From assembly GCA_041687695.1 (NCBI GenBank), contig JAWLBL010000001.1, positions 32,001-96,000 on the forward strand: a stretch of DNA of 64,000 bases, read 5' to 3'. This DNA comes from Myxococcota bacterium (lineage in GTDB: Bacteria > Myxococcota_A > UBA9042 > PHBI01 > JAWLBL01). How positions within the stretch are numbered: position 1 is the stretch's first letter; each line of letters opens with the position of its first letter. The notes beneath the pieces were generated by a model. It was not told the origin of the DNA, made no database searches, and worked only from the letters and a program-made list of their open reading frames with translations. A program made the position numbers and the translations under genes. This document shows, piece after piece, positions 1 through 9,434 of this stretch.

Positions 1-352
1 CGTCGAGGGTCCAGGTGACGTGGACGCGGGTCGGGGGGCCCGGGTTGTGCATGCGGAGCCAGAGCCAGACGTGCCCGACGTCGGCGGGGAAGCGCTTGCC
101 GGCGCCGAGGGGCTCGCGGCCCTCGACCCGGCGGGCGACCTGCGTCTCGAGCAGCCACGGGCCGCGGCGGTGGTCGGCCGGGAGGACGCTGGCGGCCGGG
201 ATCTCGGCGGCCAGGTCCAGCGCCTGGTGGGTGGCGCGGGTGGGCGGCGCGGGCGCCGGCGTCGTCTGCGGCGCCTGCGCCGGCCGGGGCGGCGGGTCGC
301 AGGCGACCAGCGCGGTCGACCACAGGGCCAGGGCCGCGCCGAGCCGGCTCAC
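1..352 (-). CDS. DUF2914-like lipoprotein, partial (runs off window start)
   Basis: Not in ORF track. Manual translation from GTG 352 (GTGA overlap with upstream stop): MSRLGAALALWSTALVAC (lipobox) ...ARRVEGREPLGAGKRFPADVGHVWLWLRMHN..VHVTW, resembling DUF2914. Confidence 0.65.
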   Translation of the reverse strand, partial: MSRLGAALALWSTALVACDPPPRPAQAPQTTPAPAPPTRATHQALDLAAEIPAASVLPADHRRGPWLLETQVARRVEGREPLGAGKRFPADVGHVWLWLRMHNPGPPTRVHVTWTLD

Positions 353-1476
353 TGGGGTCGCGCCTCGGGCTTGCGGGCGGTGACGACCTTCGAGACCAGG
401 TGGACCTCGCTGCGCTCGACCTCGAAGCCGGCCGCCTCGAGCAGGGGCTCGAGGTCGTCCTTCAGGTAGTGGCGGTAGTAGGGCTCGTGATAGAGCGCCG
501 GGAAGTTGGTGATGGACCACTCGAAGCCGCTGCGGTCGCCGAGCTGCACCGAGTCGACGAGGACGAAGCGGCCGCCGGGGGCGAGGACGCGGAAGGCCTC
601 GGAGACGACCCGGCGGCGCACGGCCGCGGGCAGCTCGTGGAAGAGGTAGATGGACGTCACGACGTCGAACGAGGCGTCCTTGAGCGGCATGGACTCGGCG
701 TTGTCGGCGATGAGGCTGACGTCCGGGATGTCGGCCAGCACCTCGCGGGCGCGCTGGATGTACCAGGGGCTGAGATCGAGGCCCCACAGGCGGGCGCGCG
801 GCAGGGCCTGGTGGAGCTGCTTGAGGAAGCGCCCGGTGCCGCAGGCGACGTCGAGGACGCGGGGCGCCGGGAGGTCGCGGGTGGCGTCGACCACCGGCGG
901 GATGGCCATGCGGCGCATCACGTCGGCCGTGCCGAGGAACAGGAACTCGACGCCGACGTCGTACATGCGCGCCGACTTGCGGCTGAGCCAGCCGTCGCTC
1001 TGCCAGTGGAAGGTGCGTCGGTAGTAGCGGGGGTAGCGGGCCAGGTCGACGCCCTCGGGCAGCTCGGCGTAGCGGCGGCCGCGCTGGCGCATCAGGACGC
1101 GCGGCATCTCGGCGAGGCCGGTCGGCAGGCAGCGCAGGTACTCGCCGAACGGGAACTGCACGAGCAGCTCGCCCGGGTAGTAGCCGGCCTCGACGTTGTG
1201 CAGGTCGCGCGCGAGCAGGTCGCGGAAGCGCCGCTGCCAGGTGACCTGCTCGGCGACGGGCAGCCTGGCCCAGGGGGCCATCAGCAGGTGCCACAGGCGC
1301 ACGCCGAGGGCGCCCGACACGAACAAGCCCGCCTGCTGCAGCTGATAGCGGGCGCGGAGCAGGCCGTGGCCCAAGCGCCCGCGTACGCGCTCGAGGGCGC
1401 CCGCGGCCAGACCGGCGCCGGCCCCCATCACCGAATCGGCGGTCTGGACCGACGAGGTGGCTGAAGACGTGGTCAT
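349..1476 (-). CDS. Class I SAM-dependent methyltransferase (UbiE/MenG-like)
   Basis: VLDVACGTG motif I, GLDLS, FDVVTSIYLFHE, RVLAPGG; AGGAGG SD upstream. Confidence 0.85.
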   Translation of the reverse strand: MTTSSATSSVQTADSVMGAGAGLAAGALERVRGRLGHGLLRARYQLQQAGLFVSGALGVRLWHLLMAPWARLPVAEQVTWQRRFRDLLARDLHNVEAGYYPGELLVQFPFGEYLRCLPTGLAEMPRVLMRQRGRRYAELPEGVDLARYPRYYRRTFHWQSDGWLSRKSARMYDVGVEFLFLGTADVMRRMAIPPVVDATRDLPAPRVLDVACGTGRFLKQLHQALPRARLWGLDLSPWYIQRAREVLADIPDVSLIADNAESMPLKDASFDVVTSIYLFHELPAAVRRRVVSEAFRVLAPGGRFVLVDSVQLGDRSGFEWSITNFPALYHEPYYRHYLKDDLEPLLEAAGFEVERSEVHLVSKVVTARKPEARPQ

Positions 1477-1582
1477 GCGCTCGTCCTCCTGTCGACCGCT
1501 CGCCGGGAGGGGCGAGCTGTCAGCATCATACGAACGCGGCGGCGGGTTGGCAGCGTGCGGGGCGTCGGGCGCGACGGTCGGC

Positions 1583-2227
1583 TCAGTCCTCGGCCTCGCC
1601 GACCATGGGGCCGAAGGTGGCGGTGAAGGCCTCGGGCGGCAGGACGGTCACGACCTCGTCGTCGCCCTGGCGGCTGAGGACGTGCAGGCGCTGGTCGCGC
1701 TCGCCGACCGGCATCACCAGGCGGCCACCCACGCGCAGCTGCCCGACGAGGGGCCACGGGACGTCCGAGGCGGCGGCGTTGACGACCACGGCGTCGAAGG
1801 GCGCCTCATCGCTCCAGCCCTGGAAGCCGTCGCCCACCCGGAAGGCCACGTTCGGCAGGCGCATCTGGTCGACCAGCAGCTTGCGCGCGCGCGCCGACAG
1901 CTCGGGCAGGATCTCGACCGTGTAGACCCGGTGGACCAGCGTCGCCAGGAGCGCCGTCTGGAAGCCCGAGCCGGTGCCGACCTCGAGGACGCGCGCCTGA
2001 GGGGTCAGGCGCAGCTCCTGCAGCATGCGCGCGATGGCGTAGGGCGCGGTCAGGGTCTGTCCGAGGCCGATGGGGAGCACCTCGTCGGCGAAGGCCTGGT
2101 GCTGCAGGTAGTCCGGCACGAACGGCCGCCGCGAGACGCGGCGGAAGGCCCGAATGACCTCTTGATCGCTGATCCCGCGGCTGACGAGCTGCTGCTGGAT
2201 CATGCTCTCGAGGGCGAAGTCGATCAT
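1583..2227 (-). CDS. pcm: Protein-L-isoaspartate O-methyltransferase
   Basis: LPIGLGQT, VLEVGTGSGFQTA, GDGFQGW..EAPFD, QLRVGGRLVMPVG. Confidence 0.93.
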   Translation of the reverse strand: MIDFALESMIQQQLVSRGISDQEVIRAFRRVSRRPFVPDYLQHQAFADEVLPIGLGQTLTAPYAIARMLQELRLTPQARVLEVGTGSGFQTALLATLVHRVYTVEILPELSARARKLLVDQMRLPNVAFRVGDGFQGWSDEAPFDAVVVNAAASDVPWPLVGQLRVGGRLVMPVGERDQRLHVLSRQGDDEVVTVLPPEAFTATFGPMVGEAED

Positions 2228-2406
2228 GGGCCCCCCCAGGCTGGCGCTTGGCGATCGGCGAAGGCGGCGCCACCCGGGCAGGACAGGGCTCGTGAAGGCG
2301 GCGTCGGTGCTCCGACTCTACACCCTGGCACCGGGTGTTGGAAACCCGGCCTCCGTGGCGCTCGCGGTGCGCTCGAAACCGACGAGGCGGCCAGGCGGAC
2401 GGCCAG

Positions 2407-2472
2407 CCGCGCGAAGCGTCAGCGGACGATGACCCGCGCGAAGCGTCAGCGGACGGTGACCCGCGCGAAGCG
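2407..2472. repeat. 27-bp tandem repeat (~2.4 copies) duplicating the tyrS 3' end and stop
   Basis: ccgcgcgaagcgtcagcggacgRtgac at 2407-2433 and 2434-2460, partial copy 2461-2472; one mismatch. Confidence 0.9.
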
Positions 2473-3696
2473 CTTCTTGCCGACCTTGAGCACGTAGGGG
2501 CCGCCCACCTCGAGGCGGAAGTCGGTGTCCGGCACCCGCGCGCCGTCGACCGAGACGCCGCCCTGCGCGATGAGGCGCCGCGCCTCGCCGCCCGAGGCCG
2601 CGAGGCCGCTGTCCTTGAGGACCGCCGTGATGACGACGCCGCCGCCCTCGCCCGCCAGCGTCACCTCGGGCATGTCGCTGGGCAGCTCGCGCGCGCTGAA
2701 GATGCGCTGCCACTCCTCGCTGGCCCGCGCCGCCGCCTCGGCGCCGTGGTAGCGGCCGACGATCTCGCGGCCCAGCTCGACCTTGGCGTCCTTGGGGTGC
2801 ATGCGCCCCTCGGCGACGTCGGCCTTCAGCGCCGCCAGCGCGGCGGTCGACCGGGTCGACAGGAGATCGTAGTAGCGCCACATCAGGTCGTCGGTGATGG
2901 ACATCAGCTTGCCGAACTGCTCGAGCGGCGCCTCGCTCACCCCCACGTAGTTCCCGAAGGACTTCGACATCTTGGCGCCCACGATGGCGCCGCCCTCCAG
3001 CTTGGCGTCCAGCCCCTCGAGCAGCGGCGTCGTCACGATGCACTGCGGCTCGAGCCCGTACTCCTTCATGACGTGGCGGCCCATCAGCAGGTTGAAGAGC
3101 TGGTCGGTGCCCCCCAGCTCGACGTCGGCCTTCAGCGCCACCGAGTCGTAGCCCTGAACCAGCGGGTAGAGGAACTCGTGGACGCTGATGGACTGGCCGG
3201 TCTGGTAGCGCGTGCGGAAGTCCTCTCGCTCCATCATGCGCGCGACGTTGTACTTGGCGGCCAGCTCGATGAGGCCGGCCGCGCTCATCGGGTTCATCCA
3301 GGTGCTGTTGAAGGCGACCTCGGTCCGGTCGCGGTCGAGCACCTTGAAGACCTGCTCCTTGTAGGTCTCGGCGTTGGCGGCGACCTCCTCGCGGGTGAGC
3401 GCCTTGCGGGTCGCGCTGCGGCCGGTCGGGTCGCCGATCATCCCGGTGAAGTCGCCGATGAGGAAGACGACCTGATGCCCCAGCTCCTGGAACTGGCGCA
3501 TCTTGGTCAGCAGCACCGTGTGGCCCAGGTGCAGATCCGGCGCGGTCGGGTCGAAGCCGGCCTTGATGCGCAGGGGCGTGCCGGTCTTGCGGCTGCGCTC
3601 GAGCTTGGCGCGCAGCTCGCTCTCGACGTGCAGGTCGACCGTGCCGCGCAGGATCAGCGCCAGCTGCTCGTCGGGGCTCGCGAACGCGTGGGCCAT
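2446..3696 (-). CDS. tyrS: Tyrosine--tRNA ligase
   Basis: [13 protein letters not shown] (HIGH), [22 protein letters not shown]-terminal S4 domain (VGKKRF). ATG 3696 preceded by GGAGG. Confidence 0.97.
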   Translation of the reverse strand: MAHAFASPDEQLALILRGTVDLHVESELRAKLERSRKTGTPLRIKAGFDPTAPDLHLGHTVLLTKMRQFQELGHQVVFLIGDFTGMIGDPTGRSATRKALTREEVAANAETYKEQVFKVLDRDRTEVAFNSTWMNPMSAAGLIELAAKYNVARMMEREDFRTRYQTGQSISVHEFLYPLVQGYDSVALKADVELGGTDQLFNLLMGRHVMKEYGLEPQCIVTTPLLEGLDAKLEGGAIVGAKMSKSFGNYVGVSEAPLEQFGKLMSITDDLMWRYYDLLSTRSTAALAALKADVAEGRMHPKDAKVELGREIVGRYHGAEAAARASEEWQRIFSARELPSDMPEVTLAGEGGGVVITAVLKDSGLAASGGEARRLIAQGGVSVDGARVPDTDFRLEVGGPYVLKVGKKRFARVTVR

Positions 3697-3766
3697 GGCC
3701 CTGTCCTCCGGTTCTCGTTGGGGCCGCGCAAGTAGCACAGGGCCGGGCCGGTGTCAGCCCGCCGGT

Positions 3767-4348
3767 TCAGATTTCCCAGCGCCCGCCGCGGGCCTGGCCG
3801 CGCTCGGTGAGCACGACCTCGACCTCGCGGTCGTGCCCCTCGGCTGGCACGCAGGCGACCACCTGCGCGGCGTAGGCCAGCCCGACCCGCAGCGCCCGCA
3901 GCGCCGGGTCCGCCAGCAGCCGGTCGTAGTAGCCCCCGCCCTGCCCTATGCGCCCGCCGCGCCGGTCGAAGGCCACCCCCGGCACGACCAGCAGATCCAG
4001 CTCGGCCGGCGCGACCCGGGGCGCCGCCGCCGCCGGCTCGCGGATGCCCCGGAACCCGGGGACCAGGTCGTCCGCCGAGCGCACTCGGTGGAACCCCAGC
4101 CCGCCGGCCTCCTCGACCCGCGGCCAGGCCACCGACCCGCCGGCCTGCAGCCACCGCCGCGCGAACTCGCCCGGGTCGGCCTCGTCGGCCGTCGCCGCGT
4201 AGACCCCGACCACCCGCGCCCCGACCTCACGCGAGAGCGCCATCAGCCGCTCGCCCATCGCGACGTGCGCCCGCTCACGCGCCCAGCCCGGCAGCGCCCG
4301 CCGCGCCGCCCGCGCCCGCCGACGCCACGCCTCCTTGGCCTCCTCCAC
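3767..4348 (-). CDS. ygfA: 5-formyltetrahydrofolate cyclo-ligase
   Basis: LDLLVVPGVAFDRRGGRIGQGGGYYDR, HD motif, GIREP. Confidence 0.93.
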   Translation of the reverse strand: MEEAKEAWRRRARAARRALPGWARERAHVAMGERLMALSREVGARVVGVYAATADEADPGEFARRWLQAGGSVAWPRVEEAGGLGFHRVRSADDLVPGFRGIREPAAAAPRVAPAELDLLVVPGVAFDRRGGRIGQGGGYYDRLLADPALRALRVGLAYAAQVVACVPAEGHDREVEVVLTERGQARGGRWEI

Positions 4349-4366
4349 CGGCTCAGCCCCGGCGCT

Positions 4367-4666
4367 TCAGCGCGCGTCGGCCCGGTCGTCCATCCGCGCC
4401 AGCAGCGCCCGCGACTGCGCGCGGATCTTCTCCTTGAGCGCGTCGTGGCGCGCCCGCTCGCGCAGCAGCTCGTCGGCCATGCTCATCGACGCCAGCAGGA
4501 GCACGTTCTGGATGGGCAGGTGCCGCTTGCCGCCCGCCATGCCCTCGATGAGCTGGTTGACGTAGCGCGCGGCCGCGTCGATGTGCTCGGGGTCCTCCGG
4601 CGAGCGGATGCGGAACTCCCGACCCATGAGCTTGACCTGATGCGACTCCGAAGCCATCCCCGACAT
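4367..4666 (-). CDS. zapA: Cell division protein ZapA
   Basis: VKLMGREFRI..DPEHIDAAARYVN..LLLASMSMADEL plus coiled coil; lies next to ygfA. Alternative start 4657. Confidence 0.85.
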   Translation of the reverse strand: MSGMASESHQVKLMGREFRIRSPEDPEHIDAAARYVNQLIEGMAGGKRHLPIQNVLLLASMSMADELLRERARHDALKEKIRAQSRALLARMDDRADAR

Positions 4667-4735
4667 ACCCTACCCCGCTCCATAGGCTTGCGGGGCGAGC
4701 ATCCGGGCAGCGCGGATCGCCGTCAAAAAAACGAT

Positions 4736-5356
4736 TCACCGCGCCGAATCGATGTGCGCGAAGCGCGCGCGGGTGCCCGGCCCCACGCCGAATCGCCTGG
4801 ACCACCCCCCGGGCACCTCGAGCACGTAGCGCGCGGGGACGCCGACGCGGCGCGCGGTCAGGGTCTCGGGCTCGGCGCGCTCGACCACGCCGACGACGCG
4901 GCCGTCGCCGGCGATGTGGATCATGTCCAGCTCGATGAGCGTGTTCTTCATCCAGAAGGTCTGGACGGCCTCGCCAGGGAAGACGAAGAGCATGCCCTGC
5001 CCGTCCGGCAGGTACTGGCGATACATCAGCCCCTGGGCCTGCTGCTCGGGTGTCAGCGCCAGCTCGACCGTGACCGGGACCTGGCCCCGGTCGGTCTCGA
5101 AGACGACGGTCGGCCGCTCGAAGCGCGCGGCCAGCTCGGGCGGCGCGGTCGGGTCGGCCGGGGCGCGGGCGACCTCGGCCGTGGCGACCTCGGCGGCGGG
5201 CGTGGCAGGCGGCCTGGGCGGTTGGCGGGCGGCCTCGGACCGCTCGAGCGCCTCGCGTGGGGTCGGCGGGGGCGGCTCGGCCGGCGGGGCGGAGCGGCAG
5301 CCGGCCAGCAACGCCGCGGCGGCCACGGCGAGCAGCGCCATCGACGGCGCGCTCAT
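4736..5356 (-). CDS. DUF192 domain lipoprotein
   Basis: LLAGC lipobox; VELALTPEQQAQGLMYR..GMLFVF..FWMKNTLIELDMIHI..YVLEVPGG. Real start is inside the 848-aa track ORF. Confidence 0.88.
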   Translation of the reverse strand: MSAPSMALLAVAAAALLAGCRSAPPAEPPPPTPREALERSEAARQPPRPPATPAAEVATAEVARAPADPTAPPELAARFERPTVVFETDRGQVPVTVELALTPEQQAQGLMYRQYLPDGQGMLFVFPGEAVQTFWMKNTLIELDMIHIAGDGRVVGVVERAEPETLTARRVGVPARYVLEVPGGWSRRFGVGPGTRARFAHIDSAR

Positions 5357-7245
5357 GGGTCCACCGGCAGGATGCGCTGCAGGTAGTCGCGGTTGAAGGG
5401 CGAGAAGACCGCCGGCCCGAGGCCGTCGAGCTCGGCGCGCTCCTCGAAGGGGCGATAGAGGCCCGCGTCCATGATCCACCCCGGGTTGTCGCCGGTGTTG
5501 TGGAACTGACCGTCGATGGCGGTCAGCCCCAGGCTGTGGCCGACCTCGTGCGAGACCGTGTTGCCCACCAGGTTGCCTAGTACCCGAACGGCCTCGCGGA
5601 TGGCCAGCGCGCGGTCGCCGTCGCCGTCGGCCTCGCCCGGGGCGGCCGGCACCCCGCCGAGCCCAGGCACCACGGCGGCGAAGACGGCGTCGAAGCGCGG
5701 CGTGGCGATGGGCTCGTCCGACAGGGTCGGCGAGAAGTTGAGGAACTCGGCGGCGAAGATGCCCCCGTAGGCGGCGTAGCCCCGGGCCCGCGTCTCGGCG
5801 TTGAAGCCGCCGATGACGTCGTCGAAGCGCCGGTTGCCGACGTCCTTGCCGGCCGTGTTGTCCAGGCCGAACAGCTTGGTCCCGTTCGGGTCGCGGCCGC
5901 CGATCTCGACCACGCCGTACTCCTCGAAGTCGGTGGGGCGGTCGAAGGTGAAGGCGATGTTGACGCCCTCGTAGTCGCGGGAGACGACCTCGAGGAGGCG
6001 GCGCGCGACGGCCTCGCGCTCGGCGTGCAGGCCGAACTCGAACAGGGCGTCGTCGAAGCCGGCGAGCAGGCGCAGCCAGACGACCTGCAGCTGCGGGGCG
6101 ATGGTCAACGTCACCGGCCGGCCGACCCCGGTGACGCGGTCGGGGCCGGCGACCAGCACGGGGGTGACGGTCCCCTCGAACACGCCCGGGGTGTGGCCGA
6201 GGCCGACGAGCTGGCCCGAGATGTCGGTCGCGACGCGCAGGACGAGGCTGGCCGCGCGGTTGCCGTCGTGGTCGTCGGGGTAGACGGCCAGCGCGTCGAC
6301 GCCGGTCCAGGTCTGGTCGGCGCCGCGGACCGGGTCGAAGGTGCCGTCGAAGACCAGCAGGGTGGCGGCCTGCAGCAGGCCGTCGGGAGGCAGCAGCCCG
6401 CGGCCGGTCGCGGTGACCCGCTGGCCGCGCGAGGCGGTGGCGGGGCCGAGGTCGCCAACGAAGGGGCGCTCGAGCGGCAGCGAGGGGACGGCGAGCGGGT
6501 CGGAGGCGGTCTCGTCGCCGGCGTGGGTGACGTTGACGACGGTGACGGTGCCCTCGAAGGCGCCGGGGCGGATGCCGAAGACGTCGGCGGTGAGGGTGAA
6601 GGTCAGGGCGTCGCGGGTGAGCGGGTCGGCCGGCTCGGCCGGGACGACGAGGCCGGCGATGGTGTGGACGCGGGGCGGCGAGGTGACGACGAAGCGGCCG
6701 TCGAAGCGGACGAGGGCGGCGCCCTCGGCGGGGTGCAGGAAGTCGGCGCCGGTCAGGGTGACGACGTCGCCCGGGTAGAGGGTCGCGGGGGCGAGGGCGG
6801 TCAGCCGCGGAGCGAGGGTGCTGGCGAGCGAGAGCTGGACGGCGAGGCTGGCGCGGTCGGGGGCGCCGGCGGCGACCGGGTGGCGGGTGACGACGACCTC
6901 GCCGGTGAAGGTGGCGGCGGTCAGGGTCGGGGAGAAGAGGGCGTCGGCCAGCGGGCCGGTGACGGGGACGACCAGGCCGAGGGCGTCGACGCGCTCGGGC
7001 GTGACGGTGACGTCGACGGGGGCGCCGTCGACCGCGCCGCGCAGGGTCACCGAGAGGGTGGCGACCTCGGGGGGGACGAAGCCGGCGCCCTCGAGGCGTA
7101 GGCGCGTGCCCGGGACCAGGGGCGCGGGGCCGACCTCGTCGAGGGCGAGCGGGGGCAGCAGCGTGCCGGCCTCGCCCTCCTGGGGGGGGCCGCAGGCGGC
7201 GACGAGGGCCCACGCGAGGGCGAGGAAGAGGGGCAGCGGCCTCAT
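5353..7245 (-). CDS. Lipoprotein with Ig/IPT-like domains and C-terminal metzincin-like Zn peptidase
   Basis: LVAAC lipobox; beta-rich repeats (PG..L.L.G..F); HEVGHSLGL...H and Met-turn IMDAG. Confidence 0.7.
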   Translation of the reverse strand: MRPLPLFLALAWALVAACGPPQEGEAGTLLPPLALDEVGPAPLVPGTRLRLEGAGFVPPEVATLSVTLRGAVDGAPVDVTVTPERVDALGLVVPVTGPLADALFSPTLTAATFTGEVVVTRHPVAAGAPDRASLAVQLSLASTLAPRLTALAPATLYPGDVVTLTGADFLHPAEGAALVRFDGRFVVTSPPRVHTIAGLVVPAEPADPLTRDALTFTLTADVFGIRPGAFEGTVTVVNVTHAGDETASDPLAVPSLPLERPFVGDLGPATASRGQRVTATGRGLLPPDGLLQAATLLVFDGTFDPVRGADQTWTGVDALAVYPDDHDGNRAASLVLRVATDISGQLVGLGHTPGVFEGTVTPVLVAGPDRVTGVGRPVTLTIAPQLQVVWLRLLAGFDDALFEFGLHAEREAVARRLLEVVSRDYEGVNIAFTFDRPTDFEEYGVVEIGGRDPNGTKLFGLDNTAGKDVGNRRFDDVIGGFNAETRARGYAAYGGIFAAEFLNFSPTLSDEPIATPRFDAVFAAVVPGLGGVPAAPGEADGDGDRALAIREAVRVLGNLVGNTVSHEVGHSLGLTAIDGQFHNTGDNPGWIMDAGLYRPFEERAELDGLGPAVFSPFNRDYLQRILPVDP

Positions 7246-7371
7246 GGGCGGTGGATAGCATGGGGAGGGCCGACGAAGCCACCGATGGAGCGGCGATGGC
7301 GAGCCACCCGCTGGCGCCGCGGCGGCATGGCTGCTAGTGTCTGCCGGCGCAGGGCAAGGAGCGACGAGCGC

Positions 7372-8175
7372 ATGGCGCAGCAGCAGACCGAGGAGATCCG
7401 AAAGCTCATCACGACCCGCGGCGAGCTGGCCGAGAAGGGCGACTACTTCGGCGTCCTGGGGCTGCCCGAGGGCGCGCCGGTCGCGGACGTTCGCGCCTCG
7501 TACTTCGCCCTGGTCAAGCAGCTGCACCCCGATCGCCTGGGGCAGATCGGGCTGGCCAGCATGCAGAAGGAGGCCGCGCGTCTGTTCCACACCATGACGC
7601 AGGCCCACGAGACGCTGAGCGATCCCAAGCGGCGCGAGGAGTACGTCCAGCTGCGCGCCCGCGGGGGCGGGCCGATGACGGCGACCGCGCGCGTGGCGGC
7701 GGCCAACGAGGAGGCCGCGAAGATCGCCGCCCACAAGGGCAGCGTCATGATGAAGAAGGCGGACTTCGCCGAGGCCGAGAACTTCTTCCGCGAGGCCTGC
7801 GCCGCGCGGCCGGACGTGGCGCGCTATTGGCAGAGCCTGGGCTGGGCCATCTTCCACAACGACGAGCGGCCAGAGGACAACCGCCTCGACGAGGCGGCGC
7901 GCTGCTACGAGAAGGCGCTGCAGATCGACGCGGAGGACGCGCAGACGCACTACAGCGTGGCGCTGCTGTGGAAGGCCAAGGGTGAACAGACCAAGGCCCG
8001 GCGCGCGCTGGAGAAAGCCATCGCGGCCAAGGCGGACTTCATCGAGGCCAAGCGCGAGCTGCGCCTGATGGACATGCGCAGCCGCAAGGGCACCGACCCG
8101 GTCGGGCGCGTGGCGCCGAGCGGCGGCGGCGGCGGCCTGCTCGACAAGATCAAGCAGGCCTTCAAGAAGCGCTGA
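7372..8175 (+). CDS. DnaJ-domain/TPR protein
   Basis: DYFGVLGL..LVKQLHPDR..AHETLSDPKRREEY J-domain, then TPR repeats; AGGAG SD. Confidence 0.88.
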   Translation: MAQQQTEEIRKLITTRGELAEKGDYFGVLGLPEGAPVADVRASYFALVKQLHPDRLGQIGLASMQKEAARLFHTMTQAHETLSDPKRREEYVQLRARGGGPMTATARVAAANEEAAKIAAHKGSVMMKKADFAEAENFFREACAARPDVARYWQSLGWAIFHNDERPEDNRLDEAARCYEKALQIDAEDAQTHYSVALLWKAKGEQTKARRALEKAIAAKADFIEAKRELRLMDMRSRKGTDPVGRVAPSGGGGGLLDKIKQAFKKR

Positions 8176-8194
8176 CGCCAACAAGCGCTGACGC
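8163..8194. repeat. 16-bp tandem duplication covering the stop of the DnaJ/TPR gene
   Basis: caagaagcgctgacgc / caacaagcgctgacgc, one mismatch. Confidence 0.75.
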
Positions 8195-8235
8195 TGGCCC
8201 CCGAGCCTTGGTCCGGCCCCGCGGGGCCGGGCAGC

Positions 8236-9195
8236 TCAGTCGACCAGGACGGAGTCGCGGGTCAGGACCAGGACCTGGCCCTCGGGCAGCCCGTCGGCGG
8301 CGAAGGGCGCGGTGCCGAAGCGCGTGACGGTCAGGCGGTCGGTCTGATCGCGGCCGTAGTCGGGCAGGCGCGCGACCAGGGCCTCGGGGAGCGTGAACTG
8401 CCCGTCGTCGGCGACCGTGCAGGCCAGCGTGGCGGTGCGATCGTAGCCGCGGCGCACCAGCTCGACGACCAGCAGGCCGTTGCCGGCGCGGTGCGGGGCC
8501 GACCAGGTGACGTCGACGCCGCCCTCGGTGCGCTCGGGAGCGTGGCGCAGCGCCACGCGGTGGCCGACGACCTCGCGCCCGGCGACGGAGGCCAGGCGGA
8601 CCGGCTCGGGCGGGGCGACCTCGACGTTGAAGGGCCCGACCTCGCCGCTGCCGTGGCCGACCACGCGCAGGTCGGGGCCGCTCATGAAGGCGAGCCCGTT
8701 CTGGACGCTGCCCTCGTAGACCAGGCCGGCGACCTCGGGGTAGACGTCGGGGAACCAGGCGCTGTCGAGCGCGAGCCCCTCGTGGCCGACGTCCACCGTG
8801 ACCTCGCCGGCGTCCATGAAGTAGACCGAGCCGCCGTCCAGGCCGCTCGCCGGGGCGTCGTGGCCGATGGCCCGGACGCGCAGCTCGCAGGTGTCCAGGT
8901 GCGCGGGCGCCCGCTCGCTGACCAGCGGCACGTTCAGCAGGCGCAGGACCTCGCGCTGGGGCATCTCGGTGTGCTCGACGAACCAGGCCGAGCCGTTCAG
9001 CTGGTCGCGGACGCGCCAGTTGTCGCGGTTTTCGGAGAAGGTCAACACGACCAGCCCGAAGCGCCCTTCGGCGCCGCCCACCGTCACCCCGTCGCGCGAC
9101 GTGCCGTCCTCGACCGCCGACTGGCCGCAGCCGGCCACGCTCGCGGCCAGGGCGAGCGGCAGGAGGAGGCGGCGGCAGGTGCGCGCGAGGGTCAA
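8236..9195 (-). CDS. Uncharacterised beta-rich lipoprotein
   Basis: SVAGC lipobox; TTG start; C-terminal C..ADDGQFTLP motif typical of myxobacterial lipoproteins; TTGACA-N16-GATAAT upstream (9336-9309). Confidence 0.75.
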   Translation of the reverse strand: MTLARTCRRLLLPLALAASVAGCGQSAVEDGTSRDGVTVGGAEGRFGLVVLTFSENRDNWRVRDQLNGSAWFVEHTEMPQREVLRLLNVPLVSERAPAHLDTCELRVRAIGHDAPASGLDGGSVYFMDAGEVTVDVGHEGLALDSAWFPDVYPEVAGLVYEGSVQNGLAFMSGPDLRVVGHGSGEVGPFNVEVAPPEPVRLASVAGREVVGHRVALRHAPERTEGGVDVTWSAPHRAGNGLLVVELVRRGYDRTATLACTVADDGQFTLPEALVARLPDYGRDQTDRLTVTRFGTAPFAADGLPEGQVLVLTRDSVLVD

Positions 9196-9434
9196 TGCGG
9201 CTCCGTGGGAGGGAGAGGGACACGTCGCGGAGTCCGCGACGCTTCCGGCGAAGGCGGCACCCGAACGGTGCGCCGCGACGAGGGCGAGGCCCTCCGGCCA
9301 GTGGTCCCATTATCGGCCGGGCCCGCGTCCTGTCAATCTCGTCGCTCGTTCGCCTCCCGGCCCGCCCCCTCCACGCGACCCGGGCGCCGCCGCGGACTTC
9401 TCGACCGAGCCCAGCCGGGCTACAACTGCCGCCG

